Source of the DNA: an uncultured candidate division Zixibacteria bacterium
GTDB lineage: Bacteria; Zixibacteria; MSB-5A5; GN15; FEB-12
DNA: 64,000 bases
Reading direction: 5' to 3'
Assembly (NCBI GenBank): GCA_963806185.1
Contig: CAWDXE010000005.1
Coordinates: 96,001 to 160,000 of the forward strand
Shown: positions 52,590 through 62,427 of the stretch, one piece after another
Numbering within the stretch: the first letter of the stretch is position 1
How the letters are laid out: the number at the start of each line of letters is the position of its first letter
Notes under the pieces: model-generated
Databases searched by the model: none
What the model was told of the DNA's origin: nothing
What the model saw: the letters and a program-made list of their open reading frames with translations, nothing else
Made by a program: the position numbers and the translations under genes

Positions 52590-54352
52590 TAGAGTTTCTC
52601 AATCTCCTGTTCCAGAAGCTGGGACTGATAGAGTTCGGCGTAACGCCCGCCCTCGCGCATCAGGTGTTCGTGGTTGCCCTGTTCAACAATGCAGCCGTCC
52701 TCGAGATAGAGGATGACGTCCGCCTCCTTCACCGAAGACATACGATGGGAGATGATGAAGGTGGTGCACTTCTTGATTCGACCGTGGATGCGATTATTTA
52801 TTTCATCTTCAGTTTCGGTGTCGACGGCGCTGGTGGCGTCGTCGAGCACGACGATAGCCGGATCAATCAGCAACGCGCGCGCAATGGCGGTCCGCTGTTT
52901 CTGGCCCCCGGAAAGGGTGATACCGCGTTCGCCGACAATGGTATCAAACGAGGCCGGGAACGTGGCAATATCCTTGGCCAGGGCGGCGGCGGTGGCGACA
53001 TCGGCGACCTCGGCCGGAGGGGCGTCGAAGCGGCCAAAGCGAATGTTGTTGGTCATCGTGTCGGAAAAGAGAAACGCTTCCTGCGTCACAAAGCCGATCT
53101 GTCGCCGCAGGGCGTTGAGATCCCAATCGTTGATATCGACGTCGTCGACGAAGATCATACCTCGTTCGACCGGGTATTGCCGGGCGATCAGCGAGACGAG
53201 GGTCGTTTTGCCCGATCCGGTCATGCCGACCAGGCCGATGGTCTGGCCAGGATCAATGACGAGCGAAATACCGTTGAGGACGGGGCGGGTATCGTAGGTG
53301 AAGCGCAGATTGCGAAATTCGACTCTACCGCGCATGTCACCGGCGTACGGATTTTCGGCGGCGGTCTGAATGATCGGTTCCGTCTTCAGAATGTCGTTGA
53401 TACGATCAAGGGAGGCGGTTCCGCGCTGATAGAGTGAGATCACCCACCCAATAGCCATCATCGGCCAGAAGAGGTAGCCAAGGTAGGAGAAGAAGGCGAC
53501 AATCGTACCGAGCGGGAGTTTGCCGTTGATCACGTCCATGCCGCCGAAATAGAAGACGACCAGGGTGAGGCCGGTGGCAATGAAAGTAATGAGTGGGAAG
53601 AACGCGCCGTAGAGGCGGCCCATGGCGACATTGTGACCGGCGTAGTCGGAGGAGATTTTCGCGAAGTGATCGATCTCCTCATCTTCCTGTCGATAGGCGC
53701 GGACCACCCGGGCGCCGGCAAGGTTTTCCTGGGCGACCGCGGTGAGGAGCGAGAACTGCTCCTGAATTTTGATGAAGCGCTTGTGAACGAGACTACCCAG
53801 GCGGTGAACCACAAAAGGAAAGAGAACCGATGGAATCATGGCATAGAGGGTGAGCTTGGGCGACAGGTAGATCATCATCGTCAGGGAGACGGCAATCGTG
53901 ACGATGGTGTTGGACATCTGCATAATGCCGGGGCCTATCATCATGCGGACCGCTTCGAGATCGTTGGTGGCACGGGCCATGATATCGCCAGTGCGGGTGG
54001 TATCGTAATAGGCCGGCGACAATTTGAGGAGGTGTCGGGCCAGTTCGCCGCGGAGGTCGTATTCGAGCTTGCGGGACATCCAAATGATAGTCCGGCGCAT
54101 GAGGAAACGAAAGACGCCCGCCACCAGGGCCAGGCCGACCATAAGCAGGACGTAGAAAGTCAATTCCGGCGCGGGGCCCTGGTTCTGGAGTACGTCGAAT
54201 ATCAGCTTGAGGATATACGGATTGACCAGGAGCAGACCGTTGGCCAGAATGACCGCCACGCCGCCGAAAACGAGGTAGGCGCGGTACTGACGAAGATATG
54301 GAAATATGACGCTAAAGCGGCCTTTGGCCGCCGCTTTGTTCTTTTCCGACAT
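52589..54352 (-). CDS. ABC exporter, fused TMD-NBD (heterodimer subunit, degenerate Walker B)
   Basis: GMTGSGKT, LSGGQKQR, VLDDATS; MdlA/YheI-like TRTGDIMARATNDL. Confidence 0.95.
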   Translation of the reverse strand: MSEKNKAAAKGRFSVIFPYLRQYRAYLVFGGVAVILANGLLLVNPYILKLIFDVLQNQGPAPELTFYVLLMVGLALVAGVFRFLMRRTIIWMSRKLEYDLRGELARHLLKLSPAYYDTTRTGDIMARATNDLEAVRMMIGPGIMQMSNTIVTIAVSLTMMIYLSPKLTLYAMIPSVLFPFVVHRLGSLVHKRFIKIQEQFSLLTAVAQENLAGARVVRAYRQEDEEIDHFAKISSDYAGHNVAMGRLYGAFFPLITFIATGLTLVVFYFGGMDVINGKLPLGTIVAFFSYLGYLFWPMMAIGWVISLYQRGTASLDRINDILKTEPIIQTAAENPYAGDMRGRVEFRNLRFTYDTRPVLNGISLVIDPGQTIGLVGMTGSGKTTLVSLIARQYPVERGMIFVDDVDINDWDLNALRRQIGFVTQEAFLFSDTMTNNIRFGRFDAPPAEVADVATAAALAKDIATFPASFDTIVGERGITLSGGQKQRTAIARALLIDPAIVVLDDATSAVDTETEDEINNRIHGRIKKCTTFIISHRMSSVKEADVILYLEDGCIVEQGNHEHLMREGGRYAELYQSQLLEQEIEKL

Positions 54353-54398
54353 TAACCCTCACAAAACAGGCAGAGAGCTATTTAACACCGGTGCGGGA

Positions 54399-56630
54399 TT
54401 AATAGTTCAGCAGATTTGCCAAAAGGTGAATCGCATCGATATTCAGATCGCGAATCATATCCACGAGGGGGATACCGCAGTAGATCACCTGGCCGTCACC
54501 CAGCGGCGACACCGAGAGCAGGACCCCACCGGAGGTGGTAGTATACAAAGCCTGTCCCGGAGACACAATCGCAGAAGCGACAGTTTGGCGACGTTCAAAG
54601 AAGGAAGTGAGGCCGGACTGGGAAATTTCGTACGGTTTTTGCAGCAAGGGGTGGGCACCATCCGTCAACCCGAGACTCTCCCCCGTCAATCGTTCGATGG
54701 TGGGGCGAATGCCGATAGGGAGAGCATCGGCCGGCCATTGATCGGGCTGGCCGAGAACGACAATGGAACCGCCGTGGCGGACATAATCTTCCAGACGGCT
54801 GGCAACCTCCACCAGTTTGGGGTAGTCGGTGACAGCGCCGGAACCGATCAGGATGACGTCATAAGCGTCGAGATCGGCCGTCAAAAGTGATCTTAACGTC
54901 AGCGGCTGGTTGTTGGCGGTGGTCATCCGGAATATATCTTCGAGGAAGCCGGTTGAATCCGGGAGATAACCGATGGCGATAGTATCGGGTACCTGGCAGC
55001 CGGCGACACGCATGATGCCGGTATCGGCGGCCACCGTGCGGCCATCGACTTGAAGTTCGATAGTCAGCGGATGAATGCCCAATTCGAGCAGATTGGAGAT
55101 CGAGAACGGGATGCGGAGGATTTCCGCGGTTCTCCCCTTATCCAGATCGACCTCGGCACGATAGGCGCCGGCAAAGACACCCTCAGGCGTCTCCAGTTTG
55201 ACGTGCACCGTGCCGGACATTTCCGGCGGCTTGGTGATTACTGCTTTCCAGTTCATAGCCGACACGACTTTATCGACGTTAATCGCCGCCGACGGAGGGA
55301 CAAAGAAGAAGTCGGGGACGAGTTCGATATCGAGGTCGGGCGATTCGCGCAGCGGCGCGGCCGTGTTAACAAACATGGGAACTCGGGCGTAGACGATCTC
55401 CGCGCTGAAGCGGAGCGAGTCGGGCATGGTCGATTCGAGATGCTCGCGGTCGACGTCGATCAGATACTCGCGCACGAAGCGCTGGTGCGGCTGAACCTTG
55501 CGGGAGACCGAATCAACGAGGATCGCGGTGGTATCCCAATATGGGTGAAAACGGAGGTAGGACAGCTCAATCTCCATCGGGCCGTTGACTTCGAGCGACG
55601 AAACAAATTTCAATTTGGGGCCGTTGGGGGATTCTCGCACGGCGATAACACCGGAGTACTTAATGCCGAGTTCAGTCAAAACGGCCCGCTCGGCGCGAGC
55701 GACGAGGTCGGACAGGTATGCGTCGAAATCCTCGTACTGCTTGAGCGACGTCTCGGCGCGTGCTTGTTCACGAAGCGCCAGGAGTTCTTTGAAACCATTG
55801 GTAAAGTTGTCGGCGCGATCGCGGCCGACAAGACGGCGAGCCAGTTCCATCAGCGAAATATAGTTTCGCGCTCGTTTATCGAACGATTCTTTGAGCGGGC
55901 CATCGGAGAGAACCGAGTCAAAGACCGGTAACAGGCGCAGGCGTTCGAGCCCTGACAGGAAATTCGGATCGGCGCCCGACGTGCGGCGGAAGACGACCTC
56001 GTAGCGCACCAGTTGTTCCTTGGCGGGGACGAAGCGCGCTTTGGGAATGAGGCGGTTGATTTCAGCCTCGATACGCGTTTGATACCGCTGGTAGAGGGCG
56101 TTCTGGTGAATGGAAATGGAACCGGCGGCGGTCGATGAGGTGGAGTCGCGGTCGGTGCGCCGGTAGACTTTGCTGATGTTAAAGAGTGTGCCCGATTTGG
56201 GATCGTTTTCCGAAAGACGCCGGTAGAGGGAGCGTTCGAGCTTGTTCGACGGTGGGTCGGCGAAGATGACTATGTCCGGGCGGCGATCGGCAAACAGTCG
56301 GGCCAGGATGGAGTCGACCCGGGAAGTATCCCGCGTGTTAGCAGACAGGGTGACATGCCAGAGTTGAAGGTCAGGCAAACCGTTGGACGAAAGGCCAAAT
56401 GTTTTGGCATCGTCAATAGTCACCAGATCGACGCGGGCGCCGTATTCGTCGTTCAGGTGATAGATGGTCGGCCAGTCGATGCGCTGGGGATCATTATAGA
56501 GGTAGAGAACGCGAAGATCCGACAGGGCATAATTGAGCAGATCGGTGGCCGAACCGGAAGTGGCTATCAGGCAGAGCGCCGCAAGGAGCCAGAGAATCCG
56601 GCCAAGGCGATGAACGCGAGAATTCGTCAT
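54399..56630 (-). CDS. Large secreted protein resembling PIG-L-family multidomain proteins, catalytic motif absent
   Basis: Signal peptide; N-terminal RVLYLYNDPQ strand; C-terminal class I GATase-like IGYLPD..DLDAYDVILIG..YVRHGGSIVV..LLANLL. Confidence 0.7.
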   Translation of the reverse strand: MTNSRVHRLGRILWLLAALCLIATSGSATDLLNYALSDLRVLYLYNDPQRIDWPTIYHLNDEYGARVDLVTIDDAKTFGLSSNGLPDLQLWHVTLSANTRDTSRVDSILARLFADRRPDIVIFADPPSNKLERSLYRRLSENDPKSGTLFNISKVYRRTDRDSTSSTAAGSISIHQNALYQRYQTRIEAEINRLIPKARFVPAKEQLVRYEVVFRRTSGADPNFLSGLERLRLLPVFDSVLSDGPLKESFDKRARNYISLMELARRLVGRDRADNFTNGFKELLALREQARAETSLKQYEDFDAYLSDLVARAERAVLTELGIKYSGVIAVRESPNGPKLKFVSSLEVNGPMEIELSYLRFHPYWDTTAILVDSVSRKVQPHQRFVREYLIDVDREHLESTMPDSLRFSAEIVYARVPMFVNTAAPLRESPDLDIELVPDFFFVPPSAAINVDKVVSAMNWKAVITKPPEMSGTVHVKLETPEGVFAGAYRAEVDLDKGRTAEILRIPFSISNLLELGIHPLTIELQVDGRTVAADTGIMRVAGCQVPDTIAIGYLPDSTGFLEDIFRMTTANNQPLTLRSLLTADLDAYDVILIGSGAVTDYPKLVEVASRLEDYVRHGGSIVVLGQPDQWPADALPIGIRPTIERLTGESLGLTDGAHPLLQKPYEISQSGLTSFFERRQTVASAIVSPGQALYTTTSGGVLLSVSPLGDGQVIYCGIPLVDMIRDLNIDAIHLLANLLNY

Positions 56631-56685
56631 GCCGCGAATATAGACGGAAACTCTAAGCGGTGTCAAAATTAAACTGGGCGGCTCA

Positions 56686-57048
56686 CTAGAGGATGGTTTC
56701 GTCGGTGGCCCGCCAGGCGGGATCGACAATACAGAGGAAGACAAGAGGGAGCGGACCGATATTGCGGATGAATTGAACGGCACCGGGTGGGATTTCGATC
56801 GTATCGCCCTGCCGAACGACGGCAGTTTCCGCTCCGACGTGCATCTCCCCCTCGCCCTCGAGAATGTAATAGACTTCATCCGTGGTCAATTTATGGGGGA
56901 GCGATTCTCTTCCGGGCTCGACCGTGGCGTGGGCCAGCGAATAGCGGCCGTCGAACGGGAATTCGCGATCGGGATGGAGCAGTTCGCGGAGGCGAGTGTG
57001 GTCGCCGGCGAGGAATTCGGGGCAGTCGGTCAGTCGGCGGATGCGCAT
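56686..57048 (-). CDS. Cupin domain protein
   Basis: SLAHATVEPG..PHKL..DEVYYILEGEG..IPPG..Q.IRN. Confidence 0.9.
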   Translation of the reverse strand: MRIRRLTDCPEFLAGDHTRLRELLHPDREFPFDGRYSLAHATVEPGRESLPHKLTTDEVYYILEGEGEMHVGAETAVVRQGDTIEIPPGAVQFIRNIGPLPLVFLCIVDPAWRATDETIL

Positions 57049-57085
57049 ATATAAAGAAGCCGCCCGGCGAGGGCGGCTTATGTAC

Positions 57086-57871
57086 TCAGATGGCCTGGTT
57101 TTCGCGTAGTTTCTTAAACAGCTTATCGGCGATTTCCTCCGGTGAGGCACCCTCGATAATCTCGCCCTTACTGCGTGGCGGGGGCGGAGACACCTTGGTC
57201 GTTTTGGTGCCGGAATGGGCACCGACGGTGTCGGCGGAGATGCCAAGATCGGCGGCCGACCACTTCTTGATCTCTTTCTTCTTGGCGGCCATTTTTCCTT
57301 TTAATGAAGGAAGGCGGGGTTCGTTGATTTCTTTCACGACTGAGACGACCGCCGGGAGGCCGATTTCGACGATATCGTAGCCGTCCTCAGTAGTGCGATA
57401 GACAACTGCCTTTTGGGGATCGATTGATTCGATCTTCTTCACGAAGAGCGCCTGAGGAATATCGAGAAGGGCCGCGACCGCGCCGGGAACCTGGGCGGAG
57501 TCGGAGTCGATCGCCTGTTTACCGGCGAGGATCAGGTCATAGGCGCCGAGTTTTTTGAGTCCGGCGGCGAGAATACGGGCAGTCGCTTGCGGGTCGGAGC
57601 CGGCGAAGGCGGGGTCGGTGAGCAGGTAGGCATCGTCGGCCCCCAAAGCGAGACAGTCGCGAAGGGCCGATTCGGCCCGTTCGGTGCCGACAGTCATGAC
57701 GACACAGGTGCCGCCCTGCTTTTCTCTGATACGCAGGCCTTCTTCGACGGCGTATTCATCGAAGGGATTGACAAAACCGGGGCCTTGGGGCAGGACGACC
57801 TGATTGGCGGCCTCATCGACCTTGATCAGAGCGATTTCGGGGACCTGCTTTATGAGCACAACGATGTTCAT
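57086..57871 (-). CDS. etfB: Electron transfer flavoprotein beta subunit
   Basis: MNIVVLIKQVP, NPFDEYAVEE, GKQAIDSD, NEPRLPSL; GGAG RBS. Confidence 0.96.
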   Translation of the reverse strand: MNIVVLIKQVPEIALIKVDEAANQVVLPQGPGFVNPFDEYAVEEGLRIREKQGGTCVVMTVGTERAESALRDCLALGADDAYLLTDPAFAGSDPQATARILAAGLKKLGAYDLILAGKQAIDSDSAQVPGAVAALLDIPQALFVKKIESIDPQKAVVYRTTEDGYDIVEIGLPAVVSVVKEINEPRLPSLKGKMAAKKKEIKKWSAADLGISADTVGAHSGTKTTKVSPPPPRSKGEIIEGASPEEIADKLFKKLRENQAI

Positions 57872-58423
57872 ATGTTCTCCATAGTAAACAGAATGATAGG
57901 TGGGGAATATGGCAAACGGGGTGAAGGCTGTCAAGGATGGGGTTGGGAGGGGGATTTTTGCTGGCTTGGCGCTAGGAAAGAGCGTGAAGACACGTGTCGC
58001 CGTCGGAAAGTGCGGCACCAGACGGAACGGCGTGGAGAGTCGTCGGGCGCAGCGTTTGATCGATGATTGTGGCAAGAAATGGCCAACCGATTGTAATGCT
58101 TCACGATAAAATTGGCAGTGGGATTTGATCGCCACACAACAGGGTCGCAGTGTCATCAGCGACAATTTTGGTCAGCGATAACTATTTCCACGTTTAGCGC
58201 ATCTTTGGCGTTTTTCCCTTGGCACATTATAGCGGGTGATCGTAGACTACTCGTACATGACAGGTGGCCGGCGGGGATACGTGGAGATTCCGGCGCACGC
58301 GTTCTCAGGCTGTCATCTCACACATATTGCGAAGGCACGCGCAATCGTTTTCGCCGAGCCCAATCAGTTTCGGAAGTCGGATATTGTGGCAAACGAAACG
58401 GCATCATATTTATGGAGTCCTCA

Positions 58424-59038
58424 ATGAGACGAATTGTATTGATGTGGTGTGTAGCGATGCTGCTGATTGTCGCGAGTGCATTCCCCCAGCAGTACCTTCT
58501 GACTCTTACTGATGTGCAATGTGTTGAAGCGTCCCTCGACATGATACGAAAAGGCGTTCAACAAGGGAGCGTCGATCGCGTCATGAAGGTTATGGGGGAG
58601 AGCGTGTCCATCAAGAGTGCCAAAAGCAAGACTGATACTGAGATTGCACGAGACCTCGGACTGATATTCGCCAATTCCGCGAGGAGGACTGTCTCGGGAA
58701 TGGCTCAAGCAACGGTTAAGAGCGACTCCACTGCGTCCGATCCAGGTCTCGGAGACTTTGATATCCTGTCTTCGAAAATAACCATACGAGAAGACTCTGC
58801 GTTTGTTGACTGTGAGTTGGTGCTCTGGGATGCTTTCCCTAACGGATCGGCAGGATCTGGTTCAAGGACCGCAGAGCACTTGGTTCTATACTCACCCGGC
58901 ACTGGTCACCCCGAGCAAACAGCTTCACGTGACCCATTGAGGTGGCGCTTGGTCAAGTGTGGCACCTTATTCGATTTCGTCGGCGAAATCGGCGGGCAAA
59001 GCACGGCCAATGCTAGCAAAAATGGGGGCCAGCAATGA
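58424..59038 (+). CDS. Hypothetical secreted protein
   Basis: GGAG RBS; signal peptide MRRIVLMWCVAMLLIVASA. Confidence 0.7.
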   Translation: MRRIVLMWCVAMLLIVASAFPQQYLLTLTDVQCVEASLDMIRKGVQQGSVDRVMKVMGESVSIKSAKSKTDTEIARDLGLIFANSARRTVSGMAQATVKSDSTASDPGLGDFDILSSKITIREDSAFVDCELVLWDAFPNGSAGSGSRTAEHLVLYSPGTGHPEQTASRDPLRWRLVKCGTLFDFVGEIGGQSTANASKNGGQQ

Positions 59039-59745
59039 AACTCATGCTCGTCTTTGCATTTATGGCACTTGTTACTACATTGAATCCCCAGTGCGGTGAT
59101 AGTGGCCCTGGAAACGGGACACAAGCGCTGGATACCTGTCTTTGCGAATACGATCAGGTCATAAATCGCAACATATTTCCCGATTACAGTACCCAATATC
59201 TCAATGATGCGTTCAGTCCTGGTAAGATTTACTTTTCCGTCAATTTTAATGACCTTTACATATCCCCAACACCTAATCCACTAACAGGGGCAAACGTTGA
59301 TTCTTTCGTCCGTGCCCATGCGCTCTGGAGTGACGATGAATTGACAAAGCAAATTTATCTCGCTAGTGTCAACCGGTTTGACACATACGGTGTCTTGGGC
59401 ATTTCGACTGAAACTGCACCCCCTCACCATGCTTGGTCAATGATCTTCTGGGATAATATTACGGAAGTGGCGGATGATCATCAGGAACTCGAGAACAGAA
59501 AACTTGAACTAAGACAAGAAAACGTAATTCATGAGTTAGGCCACGGGCGAGGGCATTTAACTCATCTCTGCAACGGCTTTGCCGTAGATACTAATCATGA
59601 TGACCCAAGTCCGTCAAGTACATGCGTCATGGCTGCTAATGTGGCTGATGTGCCATGCGCTGAAGACGGTGTGGATGAGAGCCCGCTGGAAGATAAGGCC
59701 TTCTGCGACAAGTGTGTTAACAACCTTTTGAATCGCAAGTGGTAA
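59035..59745 (+). CDS. Secreted zincin-like metallopeptidase
   Basis: HELGHGRGHLTH, CVM Met-turn, FCDKC (archaemetzincin-like Cys pattern); ATGA overlap. Confidence 0.75.
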   Translation: MKLMLVFAFMALVTTLNPQCGDSGPGNGTQALDTCLCEYDQVINRNIFPDYSTQYLNDAFSPGKIYFSVNFNDLYISPTPNPLTGANVDSFVRAHALWSDDELTKQIYLASVNRFDTYGVLGISTETAPPHHAWSMIFWDNITEVADDHQELENRKLELRQENVIHELGHGRGHLTHLCNGFAVDTNHDDPSPSSTCVMAANVADVPCAEDGVDESPLEDKAFCDKCVNNLLNRKW

Positions 59746-59759
59746 CGAGGAAGAGTCAG

Positions 59760-60653
59760 ATGAGATACATCGGAATTTATCCCCTGTTGGCGGCCGCTCT
59801 GATCACGATCTTGGCTTTGCCATCCGCGCATGCCCTGGATCATCGATGGGACGTAGAGGTCGCATTGTCCAAAAATCAATATGTGCTGCGTGAGCCAATC
59901 TGGCTTGATGTCACACTCACCAACGTCGGTGTCGACACGCAAAGAACGGATGGATTGATCTTTCCTAATCATCAACGATTCATGATCGAGCTCAAGGATG
60001 CCTCGGGGCATACCATGGGGCACACCGGCCTGAGATACGAAATAGCGCCTCATCCGGGCTATCTCACAATAGAGCCTGGACAAGCAGACTATAAAAGTTT
60101 CAATATCCTCCCTCTGTTTGCATTTTCTGAGAGCTCCTTTCTTCTGCACTCGACAGTTCCGTTCATCCCGACCGGTTTGTACACAGTTCAAGTTTACTTT
60201 GAGGGTACCGCTTCCGCGATTCTTAATTTTTCGGTGATAGTGCCAACAGGCCAGGCGCGGGAAGCACTCGATCTCATCGAGCAGGCAAGGGGTTACTGGG
60301 CGAAGGACAACCGTTCAACCGCGGGTCAGAAGTTAAAGGAGGCTGTAGAGCGATTTCCCGATGGCCCGTACGCAGAGCTGTGCTGTCGACTTTCATTGGA
60401 GTTTGCTCCGGAAGCGTGGCCCGATGGAATGCAAGGAACCTGCGATAAGACATCACGGCCAAGAGACTTGCTTGAGAAATACCCGAACTCCGGTAATTCA
60501 GGTGGCTGGATCGAGGACATTACCCGAGATATGGATCTGCAGGCGAAAAGCGCTTTCCTTGATTCGTTGGCTGAAGCGCACCCCAATTCCCGCAGCGCAA
60601 AATATGTCAAGGTGGCGCTGGATCGACTGAACAGCCAGAAGGCAGGTGAGTGA
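59760..60653 (+). CDS. Hypothetical secreted protein (Ig-like N-terminus, helical/TPR-like C-terminus)
   Basis: Signal peptide ending AHA; YVLREPIWLDVTLTN; repeated E.(F/Y/H)P.(G/S) turns. Confidence 0.75.
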   Translation: MRYIGIYPLLAAALITILALPSAHALDHRWDVEVALSKNQYVLREPIWLDVTLTNVGVDTQRTDGLIFPNHQRFMIELKDASGHTMGHTGLRYEIAPHPGYLTIEPGQADYKSFNILPLFAFSESSFLLHSTVPFIPTGLYTVQVYFEGTASAILNFSVIVPTGQAREALDLIEQARGYWAKDNRSTAGQKLKEAVERFPDGPYAELCCRLSLEFAPEAWPDGMQGTCDKTSRPRDLLEKYPNSGNSGGWIEDITRDMDLQAKSAFLDSLAEAHPNSRSAKYVKVALDRLNSQKAGE

Positions 60654-62254
60654 TGCGAGCTCTATTTCAGGCTTTACTAATCGGCACGGTCGTAACGTCT
60701 CTTGCCGTGGAGAGCGGCGTCTCACAGAGTCTGAGCCAATACGCTCTGATTAAACGGAAGATCTATATCAATCCCGAAATCTGGGAACTGAATTCGTCAG
60801 TGACCAATCAGCAATTGGGCGTGAGTCTCTTCAGTTCACCCCGGTCCGGCGTTTATGTATTTGACTTCGATTTTGCCACGTGGTCGTCCCGTTCTACACT
60901 TCTGGCTGTCGTTGATCCTGACTGGAACCGCGTTGTGTACACGCACATGGCGACGGCTGAGACAAAGGCTTTCGGCCACTTTGGTGCCGGCACAAATCAA
61001 TTCAGGTGGCCAAAGAGCATTGCGGCTCACGCCATTAGCGATGGCTATACCAGCGAGAATTTCTACGACGTCTATGTCGCAGACACCTACAACAGTCGAG
61101 TTTATAGGGGGGTGTATTCGCCTCCGGAGTGGCTTTCCCCCATGTCGCTAACTACCGCTACGGTAATGACCGGCCACGGGTTGTGGTGTCCGATTGATGT
61201 TGCAATAGACAATGGGCAGACCTACCGCCCCGACACGGACGACAAGGTTTGGGTGTTGAATGGTGACAATACGCTCCTGAACTTCACGTATAACGGAACC
61301 TTTATTCGCTCGGTCGCTTTACCGGAGGGGTGCCATGCGACCGCTCTCATACATAGCTACTGGTCACGGATGCTATACGTTGCGGACACGGCCAACGATA
61401 TGATCTATCGCTATGACTATAGTTATTCGCAAGGTACTTATGTGAAAGGTTGGCCGGAGGGGGAGACGTCGAACTCGATTGTGGATATACAACTCGATCC
61501 GTGGGGGTATCTATGGGCTTTGGATGCGTCATCGGTCATCACGAAATACGATTATGACCTGACCCCTCTGTGTCAATACTACCAGTCCGGCCAACTCGGA
61601 ACGTGCTCTGGTTTTTCTATCGCGCTCGGTGTTGCGATGTCTTGTGATATGTACATATCAGAGCCCTGGACCTCTTCCAGCGGTATACAACATTTCGCTA
61701 TCGGGACAGACATCCTGGACTTGCTGGTGACGCACAACGTCTGGAGCAGTCGCCACCAGATCAGTTATACCCTAGTGGACCCCTCCCTCTTATATGCCGC
61801 GATTTACCAGTACCACAATTTCGGCGCCAAGATTAAGACGCTGGTGGATTCCAACTTCACGATGGCCGGTCAGACCGGACACAGGTGGGACGGCACCAAT
61901 GACCTCAACCAGCAAATGCCTACCGGCAACTACTCCTACCGTATCATCGCTACGAGCGGCTATGGAGAGGCTGGGCAGCCCGTGAATCAAGTAGTAAAAA
62001 CAGGTGACATTTACCACGTTGCGAACTGCTGTGTAGGCATGACCGGCAATTGCGATGGTGACCCGAATGACAACGTCGACATTGGTGATCTAAGTGCCCT
62101 ACAGAATTATCTGTTTATCACGTTCGAACCGTTGCCGTGCATGGCCGAGGGTAACTGCGATGGCTCGACGGACGGCAATATAGACGCGTCAGACTTTACG
62201 GCCCTGATCAATCATCTCTTCATCACTTTTGAGCCGTTGTCCGATTGCGAATAG
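60650..62254 (+). CDS. Secreted NHL/beta-propeller protein with FlgD-Ig-like and dockerin-like C-terminal domains
   Basis: FRWPKSIA, VYVADTYNSRV, LYVADTAND; WDGTND..PTGNYSYRI; twin GNCDG..DIGDL..L..LFITF repeats. Confidence 0.85.
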   Translation: MMRALFQALLIGTVVTSLAVESGVSQSLSQYALIKRKIYINPEIWELNSSVTNQQLGVSLFSSPRSGVYVFDFDFATWSSRSTLLAVVDPDWNRVVYTHMATAETKAFGHFGAGTNQFRWPKSIAAHAISDGYTSENFYDVYVADTYNSRVYRGVYSPPEWLSPMSLTTATVMTGHGLWCPIDVAIDNGQTYRPDTDDKVWVLNGDNTLLNFTYNGTFIRSVALPEGCHATALIHSYWSRMLYVADTANDMIYRYDYSYSQGTYVKGWPEGETSNSIVDIQLDPWGYLWALDASSVITKYDYDLTPLCQYYQSGQLGTCSGFSIALGVAMSCDMYISEPWTSSSGIQHFAIGTDILDLLVTHNVWSSRHQISYTLVDPSLLYAAIYQYHNFGAKIKTLVDSNFTMAGQTGHRWDGTNDLNQQMPTGNYSYRIIATSGYGEAGQPVNQVVKTGDIYHVANCCVGMTGNCDGDPNDNVDIGDLSALQNYLFITFEPLPCMAEGNCDGSTDGNIDASDFTALINHLFITFEPLSDCE

Positions 62255-62427
62255 CCCACCAGAATGATGGGCGAGGAACCCACGGCAAGCGGTGGGCCAC
62301 CAGCCGTCGGGATCATAGGCTGTGGTCTAATATCAATTTTCGGATGGTAAGAGAAAGTTGTCCTGGCCGGGTTTCAGTGTTCACCCATTTGAGACCCGGT
62401 CGTAAATCTAAGCGCAGGAGATCTACA

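Noticed and set aside
52589..54352. Degenerate Walker B (DD instead of DE) as a sign of inactivation
   Set aside because: Normal asymmetry of heterodimeric ABC exporters
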